Shown here: one piece after another, positions 40,395 through 51,746 of the stretch
Position numbering within the stretch: position 1 is the stretch's first letter
How the letters are laid out: each line of letters begins with the position of its first letter
Source: Auanema rhodensis
Lineage: Eukaryota > Animalia > Nematoda
NCBI GenBank assembly: GCA_964057225.1
Contig: OZ059897.1
Span: 14,880,001 to 14,944,000 of the forward strand
Length of the DNA: 64,000 nucleotides
Reading direction: 5' to 3'
The notes under the pieces: generated by a model
What the model was told of the DNA's origin: nothing
Databases searched by the model: none
Seen by the model: the letters and a program-made list of their open reading frames with translations, nothing else
Made by a program: the position numbers and the translations under genes

Positions 40395-43300
40395 GATTTT
40401 CTCAAAAATCATTCACTAAAATCAAATAAAAATAGTTTGAGATTGGGTATTCATATGTGTAGAATCTGAAATTCCTAGTGAGATTTGACTATGACTTCTG
40501 ATTTTTCCGGAAATAAGGTTTATACCGAGACCATCCACAAGGTTTGTTCACAAAAAAGTTCAGGCTGTAGTCACGTTGTGCCCGATGAATGAACGATTTT
40601 CTCAAAAATCATTTACTAAAATCAAATAAAAATAGTTTGAGATTGGGTATTCAGATGTGTAGAATCTGAAATTCCTAGTGAGATTTGACTATGACTTCTG
40701 ATTTTTCCGGAAATAGGGTTTATACCAAGACCATCCACAAGGTTTGTTCACAAAAAAGTTCAGGCTGTAGTCACGTTGTGCCCGATGAATGAACGATTTT
40801 CTCAAAAATCATTTACTAAAATCAAATAAAAATAGTTTGAGATTGGGTATTCAGATGTGTAGAATCTGAAATTCCTAGTGAGATTTGGCTATGACTTCTG
40901 ATTTTTCCGGAAATAAGGTTTATACCGAGACCATCCACAAGGTTTGTTCACAAAAAAGTTCAGGCTGTAGTCACGTTGTGCCCGATGAATGAACGATTTT
41001 CTCAAAAATCATTTACTAAAATCAAATAAAAATAGTTTGAGATTGGGTATTCAGATGTGTAGAATCTGAAATTCCTAGTGAGATTTGGCTATGACTTCTG
41101 ATTTTTCCGGAAATAAGGTTTATACCGAGACCATCCACAAGGTTTGTTCACAAAAAAGTTCAGGCTGTAGTCACGTTGTGCCAGATGAATGAACGATTTT
41201 CTCAAAAATCATTTACTAAAATCAAATAAAAATAGTTTGAGATTGGGTATTCAGATGTGTAGAATCTGAAATTCCTAGTGAGATTTGGCTATGACTTCTG
41301 ATTTTTCCGGAAATAAGGTTTATACCGAGACCATCCACAAGGTTTGTTCACAAAAAAGTTCAGGCTGTAGTCACGTTGTGCCCGATGAATGAACGATTTT
41401 CTCAAAAATCATTTACTAAAATCAAATAAAAATAGTTTGAGATTGGGTATTCAGATGTGTAGAATCTGAAATTCCTAGTGAGATTTGGCTATGACTTCTG
41501 ATTTTTCCGGAAATAAGGTTTATACCGAGACCATCCACAAGGTTTGTTCACAAAAAAGTTCAGGCTGTAGTCACGTTGTGCCCGATGAATGAACGATTTT
41601 CTCAAAAATCATTTACTAAAATCAAATAAAAATAGTTTGAGATTGGGTATTCAGATGTGTAGAATCTGAAATTCCTAGTGAGATTTGGCTATGACTTCTG
41701 ATTTTTCCGGAAATAAGGTTTATACCGAGACCATCCACAAGGTTTGTTCACAAAAAAGTTCAGGCTGTAGTCACGTTGTGCCAGATGAATGAACGATTTT
41801 CTCAAAAATCATTTACTAAAATCAAATAAAAATAGTTTGAGATTGGGTATTCAGATGTGTAGAATCTGAAATTCCTAGTGAGATTTGGCTATGACTTCTG
41901 ATTTTTCCGGAAATAAGGTTTATACCGAGACCATCCACAAGGTTTGTTCACAAAAAAGTTCAGGCTGTAGTCACGTTGTGCCCGATGAATGAACGATTTT
42001 CTCAAAAATCATTTACTAAAATCAAATAAAAATAGTTTGAGGTTGGGTATTCAGATGTGTAGAATCTGAAATTCCTAGTGAGATTTGACTATGACTTCTG
42101 ATTTTTCCGGAAATAAGGTTTATACCGAGACCATCCACAAGATTTGTTCACAAAAAGTTCAGGCTGTAGTCACGTTGTGCCCGATGAATGAACGATTTTC
42201 TCAAAAATCATTTACTAAAATCAAATAAAAATAGTTTGAGATTGGGTATTCAGATGTGTAGAATCTGAAATTCCTAGTGAGATTTGGCTAGGACTTCTGC
42301 TTTTTCCGGAAATAGGGTTTATACCGAGACCATCCACAAGGTTTGATCACAAAAAAGTTCAGGCTGTAGTCACGTTGTGCCCGATGAATGAACGATTTTC
42401 TCAAAAATCATTTACTAAAATCAAATAAAAATAGTTTGAGGTTGGGTATTCAGATGTGTAGAATCTGAAATTCCTAGTGAGATTTGACTATGACTTCTGA
42501 TTTTTCCGGAAATAGGGTTTATACCGAGACCATCCACAAGGTTTGTTCACAAAAAAGTTCAGGCTGTAGTCACGTTGTGCCCGATGAATGAACGATTTTC
42601 TCAAAAATCATTCACTAAAATCAAATAAAAATAGTTTGAGATTGGGTATTCAGATGTGTAGAATCTGAAATCCCTAGTGAGATTTGGCTAGGACTTCAGC
42701 TTTTTCCGGAAATAGGGTTTATACCGAGACCATCCACAAGGTTTGTTCACAAAAAAGTTCAGGCTGTAGTCACGTTGTGCCCGATGAATGAACGATTTTC
42801 TCAAAAATCATTCACTAAAATCAAATAAAAATAGTTTGAGATTGGGTATTCAGATGTGTAGAATCTGAAATCCCTAGTGAGATTTGACTATGACTTCTGA
42901 TTTTTCCGGAAAAGGGGTTTATACCGAGACCATCCACAAGGTTTGTTCACAAAAAAGTTCAGGCTGTAGTCACGTTGTGCCCGATGAATGAACGATTTTC
43001 TCAAAAATCATTTACTAAAATCAAATAAAAATAGTTTGAGATTGGGTATTCAGATGTGTAGAATCTGAAATCCCTAGTGAGATTTGACTATGACTTCTGA
43101 TTTTTCCGGAAATAGGGTTTATACCGAGACCATCCACAAGGTTTGTTCACAAAAAGTTCAGGCTGTAGTCACGTTGTGCCCGATGAATGAACGATTTTCT
43201 CAAAAATCATTTACTAAAATCAAATAAAAATAGTTTGAGGTTGGGTATTCAGATGTGTAGAATCTGAAATCCCTAGTGAGATTTGACTATGACTTCTGAT

Positions 43301-46300
43301 TTTTCCGGAAATAAGGTTTATACCGAGACCATCCACAAGATTTGTTCACAAAAAGTTCAGGCTGTAGTCACGTTGTGCCCGATGAATGAACGATTTTCTC
43401 AAAAATCATTTACTAAAATCAAATAAAAATAGTTTGAGATTGGGTATTCAGATGTGTAGAATCTGAAATCCCTAGTGAGATTTGACTATGACTTCTGATT
43501 TTTCCGGAAATAGGGTTTATACCGAGACCATCCACAAGGTTTGTTCACAAAAAAGTTCAGGCTGTAGTCACGTTGTGCCCGATGAATGAACGATTTTCTC
43601 AAAAATCATTTACTAAAATCAAATAAAAATAGTTTGAGATTGGGTATTCAGATGTGTAGAATCTGAAATTCCTAGTGAGATTTGGCTAGGACTTCTGCTT
43701 TTTCCGGAAATAGGGTTTATACCGAGACCATCCACAAGGTTTGATCACAAAAAAGTTCAGGCTGTAGTCACGTTGTGCCCGATGAATGAACGATTTTCTC
43801 AAAAATCATTTACTAAAATCAAATAAAAACAAATTGAGGTTGGGTATTCAGATGTGTAGAATCTGAAATTCCTATTGAGATTTGGCTAGGACTTCTGCTT
43901 TTTCCGGAAAAGGGGTTTATACCGAGACCATCCACAAGGTTTGTTCACAAAAAAGTTCAGGCTGTAGTCACGTTGTGCCCGATGAATGAACGATTTTCTC
44001 AAAAATCATTTACTAAAATCAAATAAAAATAGTTTGAGATTGGGTATTCAGATGTGTAGAATCTGAAATTCCTAGTGAGATTTGACTATGACTTCTGATT
44101 TTTCCGGAAATAGGGTTTATACCGAGACCATCCACAAGGTTTGTTCACAAAAAAGTTCAGGCTGTAGTCACGTTGTGCCCGATGAATGAACGATTTTCTC
44201 AAAAATCATTTACTAAAATCAAATAAAAATAGTTTGAGATTGGGTATTCAGATGTGTAGAATCTGAAATTCCTAGTGAGATTTGGCTATGACTTCTGATT
44301 TTTCCGGAAATAAGGTTTATACCGAGACCATCCACAAGGTTTGTTCACAAAAAAGTTCAGGCTGTAGTCACGTTGTGCCCGATGAATGAACGATTTTCTC
44401 AAAAATCATTTACTAAAATCAAATAAAAATAGTTTGAGGTTGGGTATTCAGATGTGTAGAATCTGAAATTCCTAGTGAGATTTGACTATGACTTCTGATT
44501 TTTCCGGAAATAAGGTTTATACCGAGACCATCCACAAGGTTTGTTCACAAAAAAGTTCAGGCTGTAGTCACGTTGTGCCAGATGAATGAACGATTTTCTC
44601 AAAAATCATTTACTAAAATCAAATAAAAATAGTTTGAGGTTGGGTATTCAGATGTGTAGAATCTGAAATCCCTAGTGAGATTTGACTATGACTTCTGATT
44701 TTTCCGGAAATAAGGTTTATACCGAGACCATCCACAAGATTTGTTCACAAAAAGTTCAGGCTGTAGTCACGTTGTGCCCGATGAATGAACGATTTTCTCA
44801 AAAATCATTTACTAAAATCAAATAAAAATAGTTTGAGGTTGGGTATTTAGATGTGTAGAATCTGAAATTCCTAGTGAGATTTGGCTAGGACTTCTGCTTT
44901 TTCCGGAAATAGGGTTTATACCGAGACCATCCACAAGGTTTGTTCACAAAAAAGTTCAGGCTGTAGTCACGTTGTGCCCGATGAATGAACGATTTTCTCA
45001 AAAATCATTTACTAAAATCAAATAAAAATAGTTTGAGGTTGGGTATTTAGATGTGTAGAATCTGAAATTCCTAGTGAGATTTGGCTAGGACTTCTGCTTT
45101 TTCCGGAAATAGGGTTTATACCGAGACCATCCACAAGGTTTGATCACAAAAAAGTTCAGGCTGTAGTCACGTTGTGCCCGATGAATGAACGATTTTCTCA
45201 AAAATCATTTACTAAAATCAAATAAAAATAGTTTGAGGTTGGGTATTCAGATGTGTAGAATCTGAAATTCCTAGTGAGATTTGACTATGACTTCTGATTT
45301 TTCCGGAAATAGGGTTTATACCGAGACCATCCACAAGGTTTGTTCACAAAAAAGTTCAGGCTGTAGTCACGTTGTGCCCGATGAATGAACGATTTTCTCA
45401 AAAATCATTTACTAAAATCAAATAAAAATAGTTTGAGATTGGGTATTCAGATGTGTAGAATCTGAAATTCCTATTGAGATTTGGCTAGGACTTCTGCTTT
45501 TTCCGGAAATAGGGTTTATACCGAGACCATCCACAAGGTTTGTTCACAAAAAAGTTCAGGCTGTAGTCACGTTGTGCCCGGTGAATGAACGATTTTCTCA
45601 AAAATCATTCACTAAAATCAAATAAAAATAGTTTGAGATTGGGTATTCAGATGTGTAGAATCTGAAATCCCTAGTGAGATTTGACTATGACTTCTGATTT
45701 TTCCGGAAAAGGGGTTTATACCGAGACCATCCACAAGGTTTGTTCACAAAAAAGTTCAGGCTGTAGTCACGTTGTGCCCGATGAATGAACGATTTTCTCA
45801 AAAATCATTCACTAAAATCAAATAAAAATAGTTTGAGATTGGGTATTCAGATGTGTAGAATCTGAAATCCCTAGTGAGATTTGACTATGACTTCTGATTT
45901 TTCCGGAAAAGGGGTTTATACCGAGACCATCCACAAGGTTTGTTCACAAAAAAGTTCAGGCTGTAGTCACGTTGTGCCCGATGAATGAACGATTTTCTCA
46001 AAAATCATTCACTAAAATCAAATAAAAATAGTTTGAGATTGGGTATTCAGATGTGTAGAATCTGAAATCCCTAGTGAGATTTGACTATGACTTCTGATTT
46101 TTCCGGAAAAGGGGTTTATACCGAGACCATCCACAAGGTTTGTTCACAAAAAAGTTCAGGCTGTAGTCACGTTGTGCCCGATGAATGAACGATTTTCTCA
46201 AAAATCATTTACTAAAATCAAATAAAAATAGTTTGAGATTGGGTATTCAGATGTGTAGAATCTGAAATTCCTAGTGAGATTTGGCTATGACTTCTGATTT

Positions 46301-47015
46301 TTCCGGAAATAAGGTTTATACCGAGACCATCCACAAGGTTTGTTCACAAAAAAGTTCAGGCTGTAGTCACGTTGTGCCCGATGAATGAACGATTTTCTCA
46401 AAAATCATTTACTAAAATCAAATAAAAATAGTTTGAGGTTGGGTATTCAGATGTGTAGAATCTGAAATCCCTAGTGAGATTTGACTATGACTTCTGATTT
46501 TTCCGGAAATAAGGTTTATACCGAGACCATCCACAAGATTTGTTCACAAAAAGTTCAGGCTGTAGTCACGTTGTGCCCGATGAATGAACGATTTTCTCAA
46601 AAATCATTTACTAAAATCAAATAAAAATAGTTTGAGGTTGGGTATTTAGATGTGTAGAATCTGAAATTCCTAGTGAGATTTGGCTAGGACTTCTGCTTTT
46701 TCCGGAAATAGGGTTTATACCGAGACCATCCACAAGGTTTGTTCACAAAAAAGTTCAGGCTGTAGTCACGTTGTGCCCGATGAATGAACGATTTTCTCAA
46801 AAATCATTTACTAAAATCAAATAAAAATAGTTTGAGATTGGGTATTCAGATGTGTAGAATCTGAAATTCCTAGTGAGATTTGGCTAGGACTTCTGCTTTT
46901 TCCGGAAATAGGGTTTATACCGAGACCATCCACAAGGTTTGATCACAAAAAAGTTCAGGCTGTTGTCACGTTGTGCCCGATGAATGAACGATTTTCTCAA
47001 AAATCATTTACTAAA
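40395..47015 (+). repeat. 200-bp tandem satellite array, proximal block (about 33 monomers)
   Basis: Period of 200 bp (e.g. gattgggtat at 40441, 40641, 40841); occasional 199-bp monomers from an A6-to-A5 change; few variant sites. Confidence 0.98.
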
Positions 47016-47464
47016 TGTTTTGCGCCGTCGTGTCCTTAGAAATGGGTGAGCGGAGCAGTGGCATAGTTGGTTCAGTGGTAGATTTTTGTAGTGCTCTTGA
47101 TCGAAGAGAATATGGAGAGAATATTTATTATGCAACGGTAACAAGAATAAATTCTTTTACACTATTGACACATAAGAATTTGAGGAATCCTCTCGGCTTA
47201 TATACTAACGCGAGAGGCAAGATATAATGTTAACTTAGAGAATTCAGAGATACAAAAAGGGGGAGGAGAAGCAAGCGTTATCTCATGCTTATTCTGCGGA
47301 GATATGCGTGGGGGATGAGTAGCCTATGAGTCATGAGTAAAAAGAGCCTTAGGTTCAACTTACACGAATATTGATCAGTTAAAAGAGATTTATAAAGAAT
47401 TATGAAGTATTAGAAAAAGATAGAGTTTTTAAGGTTTTTTAGGAATATAGAGTGCTCAAGCACA
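47016..47464 (-). repeat. LTR (3'-LTR copy 1, 449 bp, oriented outward to the left)
   Basis: Reverse complement of 51747-52195; TGT...ACA termini; follows the env stop on the - strand. Confidence 0.82.
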
Positions 47465-47478
47465 CTCCGGCCGACGAG

Positions 47479-50103
47479 TTAGAAGATGTCCTGGAACTCG
47501 ATCGTACTGTCCTCACTGGGTGATGTTCGTGACTGCTTGGCTGGTGGTAGGTCTGTTTCTGTCCTTTTTGTTCTCAGTTTTCTTGGTGGTGTTTGGGTGT
47601 CCTTTGATAAGGTTGGCTGAATGGTCTTTGGGACCATTTGCTTCAATAGGTCCTTGATCTGTCGGAGTTCATCCAATATGTCCTTGCCTTTGTCGTCATT
47701 GTTTGATCTCATAATAATTCGAGTCAAAGTTGTAAGATCCTCACCGATGTTGCGGGTTGTGAGATCTATCCTTTTGAGTTCGGGCATAGCTTCTACGACT
47801 ATAATGTTGCTCTTTGTAGTGGGAGCTGGATCCCTTTCCTTCTGGACCTTTGTAAATCCATAAGGCATGTTCTTAAGTTCGATAGAGCTAAGATGGTCCT
47901 TCTGAATGTTGCGGACGAGGTCTGTGAGGCGCTTCTCATTGCCAAAAATTCTAAGCTTTTCCTTTTCCATATTAAAAACATAAGATGTTTTAGCTGTAGA
48001 TAGGAAATCTTTGAGCTTGATGTATGCTATTAAAGCATTAGCTGCGACATCGTTGACTTTTCCGGTGGGGGTTTCCTTGTTCTCCTCTAAGCTAAAGAGA
48101 AGCTTCAGGGTGGAGTCCATGGTCCTAGTCAGTTCTTTGAGGCATTCGGTCCTCTTTTCCAAGGGAAGTCGGATGTATTTCTGGCATCTATGATTGGAGC
48201 GATCAATGACACCTTGAATATCGGAGCAGCGAGTAGTAGGAATAGACATTATAGTGAGTATGAATACGAGAAGGATGTGAGTCTTTCTTTTGTATAGAAG
48301 AAAGAGCTGGCGGGCGAAGAAGCTGGTGACAGCGATGGGTAACCAGAGAATAATTTTTACGAGGTGAATGATGACATGGGCGGAGCTGACGGTGAATTTT
48401 GTTGCGTAAGCCGCGATGATGTGATAAGAAACAGCAAGGGCTAGCATTACTATAAGGATGCAGATTGCAATTTCTTTGTACCAGCCTAGGTAGATGTTGT
48501 AGAAATGGGTAATATCGGGCCATTGAAAGGTAATAGCTGTTTCGTGAAGTGAGGAGTGGTTTCCTTCTATGTAGTGTTTCTGCAGGTCCTGAATATTGCT
48601 GACGTAATATAATATTCCTGTTAGAGAGAAATATTGTATATTGTGTCCGCATGAATATGAACAGTTGATCCATGGTGATGCTGTAGTGATAGGTAATCGA
48701 ATATTGTTTGATGTTCCTTTTGGACTGCATTGTAGCATAAAGGCTGTGTCACCGCAGTTCGTGGCAGCTAAAGCATTTATGGGTGAAGTACATATGATGT
48801 TGGCTTGTGCTCCGTTTTGGCAGTTGTAGCATCCTCTAACCATTGAGTCATGGATTAAACATGTCGAGTCGTCGTGCGATGATGATACATTGAAGATTCC
48901 ATCCACTGTTACATAAATTTCTACCATCATGTTGCGATAGATGTTGATTTCAAGGTTCCGTTGTGACTGTTCGATTGAGTAAGCAGGTGTGAATATAGGT
49001 AAAATGGTTTGAACACTGTTAAAGACTGATTGAATGTTCTGGTTTTCACAATGGCAGTTGACTGAGTCTTCTGCAGGAGTGCATTCACACTGAGGGTTTG
49101 CTTTACAGTCCAATTTCTTTGCTTTTTCATGAGATGAGCATGTCAGTGTAGACTTCATGTTCCATATGGCCAGTCTTGTCAAATTTCTAATAAATTGTCC
49201 TTGCATTCTTGGAATAATAGGAGGTGTTAGACTGATTGCGGAGAATTTGAAAGGATGTACGTCTGTTTGAATGTCCGAATGAAGCGTGATGTTCCGTGAA
49301 GTGGTTGTGGTTCCGTTCAGATAGGTGATATGTAGTTGTGTGGAAGGTATCCATTCGTTACATGAAAAGACTTCGTAAACAGATTTGTCTATAGGTTTCA
49401 TGTAGGTGCGGTAGAAGAGGCATCCTGAAGATGGATAGAAGCAGCCACAGCCAAATCCTCCGCAGGATTCTGTGCAGTGTGTAGATCCAGGATATTGGTT
49501 GGCTAGTTCTAGTTCGTGAACCATGGTGTCCGATTGAATGGTGCTGCATTTGTTTTCTTGGCAAGATCCAGTTCTTGCGCATCTTTTGCTATTCTTTACA
49601 TGAGTACTGGTTGCTCGGGTGAAGAAGAGTGAACGGATTTCACAGAAGTATGTTGTTTTGATCCATTGTATGCGCAGAAAGGAGAACTTGTTCTGATTGT
49701 TAGTGAACGTTAGGCATGCTTCTTGTGTGTACGGGCTGATAGTGAGAGATTGTCCAGTCTGTATCTTGCATGTTTCTTTGTTGCATGAGGATTCTTGGGA
49801 AGTGCTCATACTAAGTTCTTGGCAAGCCATTGATTGGTGAATTAACAGAAGCGTTATTAATGGGATAACTGTTTTCTTGTTAAATCTATTTGTCCGGATG
49901 TATAGCTGTCCGAATAACGATGTGCATATTGCGTATATGAAGTTGGTCCAAAGTCTGATGGCTTTTCCAATGACCCATGGTGAATGCAATAGTCCGTAGC
50001 AAATGGCTGTGATTATGTAGGTTATGAAGCTGAATAGTAACATAGAGGTCCAGGGCCAGCAAGATGGGTTAAATAATGTGGCTGAGCAGAACGTGCATGA
50101 CAC
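47479..50103 (-). CDS. env: 5'-truncated belpaovirus envelope polyprotein: end of Gn, complete phlebovirus-like Gc (class II fusogen), TM segments and C-terminal extension
   Basis: Intronless 874-codon ORF. CTFC...NPSCWP and TM, signal-like segment before CQEL, Gc motifs KRCARTGSC and fusion loop CTESCGGFGCGCFYPSSGCLFYR, GCYNCQNGA. The ORF start coincides with the fold-back junction, so it has no native start. Confidence 0.88.
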   Translation of the reverse strand: MSCTFCSATLFNPSCWPWTSMLLFSFITYIITAICYGLLHSPWVIGKAIRLWTNFIYAICTSLFGQLYIRTNRFNKKTVIPLITLLLIHQSMACQELSMSTSQESSCNKETCKIQTGQSLTISPYTQEACLTFTNNQNKFSFLRIQWIKTTYFCEIRSLFFTRATSTHVKNSKRCARTGSCQENKCSTIQSDTMVHELELANQYPGSTHCTESCGGFGCGCFYPSSGCLFYRTYMKPIDKSVYEVFSCNEWIPSTQLHITYLNGTTTTSRNITLHSDIQTDVHPFKFSAISLTPPIIPRMQGQFIRNLTRLAIWNMKSTLTCSSHEKAKKLDCKANPQCECTPAEDSVNCHCENQNIQSVFNSVQTILPIFTPAYSIEQSQRNLEINIYRNMMVEIYVTVDGIFNVSSSHDDSTCLIHDSMVRGCYNCQNGAQANIICTSPINALAATNCGDTAFMLQCSPKGTSNNIRLPITTASPWINCSYSCGHNIQYFSLTGILYYVSNIQDLQKHYIEGNHSSLHETAITFQWPDITHFYNIYLGWYKEIAICILIVMLALAVSYHIIAAYATKFTVSSAHVIIHLVKIILWLPIAVTSFFARQLFLLYKRKTHILLVFILTIMSIPTTRCSDIQGVIDRSNHRCQKYIRLPLEKRTECLKELTRTMDSTLKLLFSLEENKETPTGKVNDVAANALIAYIKLKDFLSTAKTSYVFNMEKEKLRIFGNEKRLTDLVRNIQKDHLSSIELKNMPYGFTKVQKERDPAPTTKSNIIVVEAMPELKRIDLTTRNIGEDLTTLTRIIMRSNNDDKGKDILDELRQIKDLLKQMVPKTIQPTLSKDTQTPPRKLRTKRTETDLPPAKQSRTSPSEDSTIEFQDIF

Positions 50104-51732
50104 TGTAAAGCAAACCCTCAGTGTGAATGCACTCCTGCAGAAGACTCAGTCAACTGCCATTGTGAAAACCAGAACATTCAATCAGTCTTTAACAGTGTTC
50201 AAACCATTTTACCTATATTCACACCTGCTTACTCAATCGAACAGTCACAACGGAACCTTGAAATCAACATCTATCGCAACATGATGGTAGAAATTTATGT
50301 AACAGTGGATGGAATCTTCAATGTATCATCATCGCACGACGACTCGACATGTTTAATCCATGACTCAATGGTTAGAGGATGCTACAACTGCCAAAACGGA
50401 GCACAAGCCAACATCATATGTACTTCACCCATAAATGCTTTAGCTGCCACGAACTGCGGTGACACAGCCTTTATGCTACAATGCAGTCCAAAAGGAACAT
50501 CAAACAATATTCGATTACCTATCACTACAGCATCACCATGGATCAACTGTTCATATTCATGCGGACACAATATACAATATTTCTCTCTAACAGGAATATT
50601 ATATTACGTCAGCAATATTCAGGACCTGCAGAAACACTACATAGAAGGAAACCACTCCTCACTTCACGAAACAGCTATTACCTTTCAATGGCCCGATATT
50701 ACCCATTTCTACAACATCTACCTAGGCTGGTACAAAGAAATTGCAATCTGCATCCTTATAGTAATGCTAGCCCTTGCTGTTTCTTATCACATCATCGCGG
50801 CTTACGCAACAAAATTCACCGTCAGCTCCGCCCATGTCATCATTCACCTCGTAAAAATTATTCTCTGGTTACCCATCGCTGTCACCAGCTTCTTCGCCCG
50901 CCAGCTCTTTCTTCTATACAAAAGAAAGACTCACATCCTTCTCGTATTCATACTCACTATAATGTCTATTCCTACTACTCGCTGCTCCGATATTCAAGGT
51001 GTCATTGATCGCTCCAATCATAGATGCCAGAAATACATCCGACTTCCCTTGGAAAAGAGGACCGAATGCCTCAAAGAACTGACTAGGACCATGGACTCCA
51101 CCCTGAAGCTTCTCTTTAGCTTAGAGGAGAACAAGGAAACCCCCACCGGAAAAGTCAACGATGTCGCAGCTAATGCTTTAATAGCATACATCAAGCTCAA
51201 AGATTTCCTATCTACAGCTAAAACATCTTATGTTTTTAATATGGAAAAGGAAAAGCTTAGAATTTTTGGCAATGAGAAGCGCCTCACAGACCTCGTCCGC
51301 AACATTCAGAAGGACCATCTTAGCTCTATCGAACTTAAGAACATGCCTTATGGATTTACAAAGGTCCAGAAGGAAAGGGATCCAGCTCCCACTACAAAGA
51401 GCAACATTATAGTCGTAGAAGCTATGCCCGAACTCAAAAGGATAGATCTCACAACCCGCAACATCGGTGAGGATCTTACAACTTTGACTCGAATTATTAT
51501 GAGATCAAACAATGACGACAAAGGCAAGGACATATTGGATGAACTCCGACAGATCAAGGACCTATTGAAGCAAATGGTCCCAAAGACCATTCAGCCAACC
51601 TTATCAAAGGACACCCAAACACCACCAAGAAAACTGAGAACAAAAAGGACAGAAACAGACCTACCACCAGCCAAGCAGTCACGAACATCACCCAGTGAGG
51701 ACAGTACGATCGAGTTCCAGGACATCTTCTAA
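50102..51732 (+). pseudogene. env: Second, more truncated env copy in the right arm (longest ATG ORF 50281-51732), lacking the fusion loop
   Basis: The 483-aa translation is identical to the C-terminal 483 aa of the 47479-50103 ORF. Confidence 0.88.
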
Positions 51733-51746
51733 CTCGTCGGCCGGAG

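Noticed and set aside
39153-40405. LLILG / VLILG / SSFSPPASP repeat proteins on the - strand
   Set aside because: They are translations of the minisatellite, with no supporting gene structure.
49110-50110. Amplification or sequencing chimera as the origin of the palindrome
   Set aside because: Disfavoured because a fold-back chimera would also invert the flanking satellite, whereas both flanks are direct and in register with a 5-bp duplication. Raw reads are still needed to exclude it fully.
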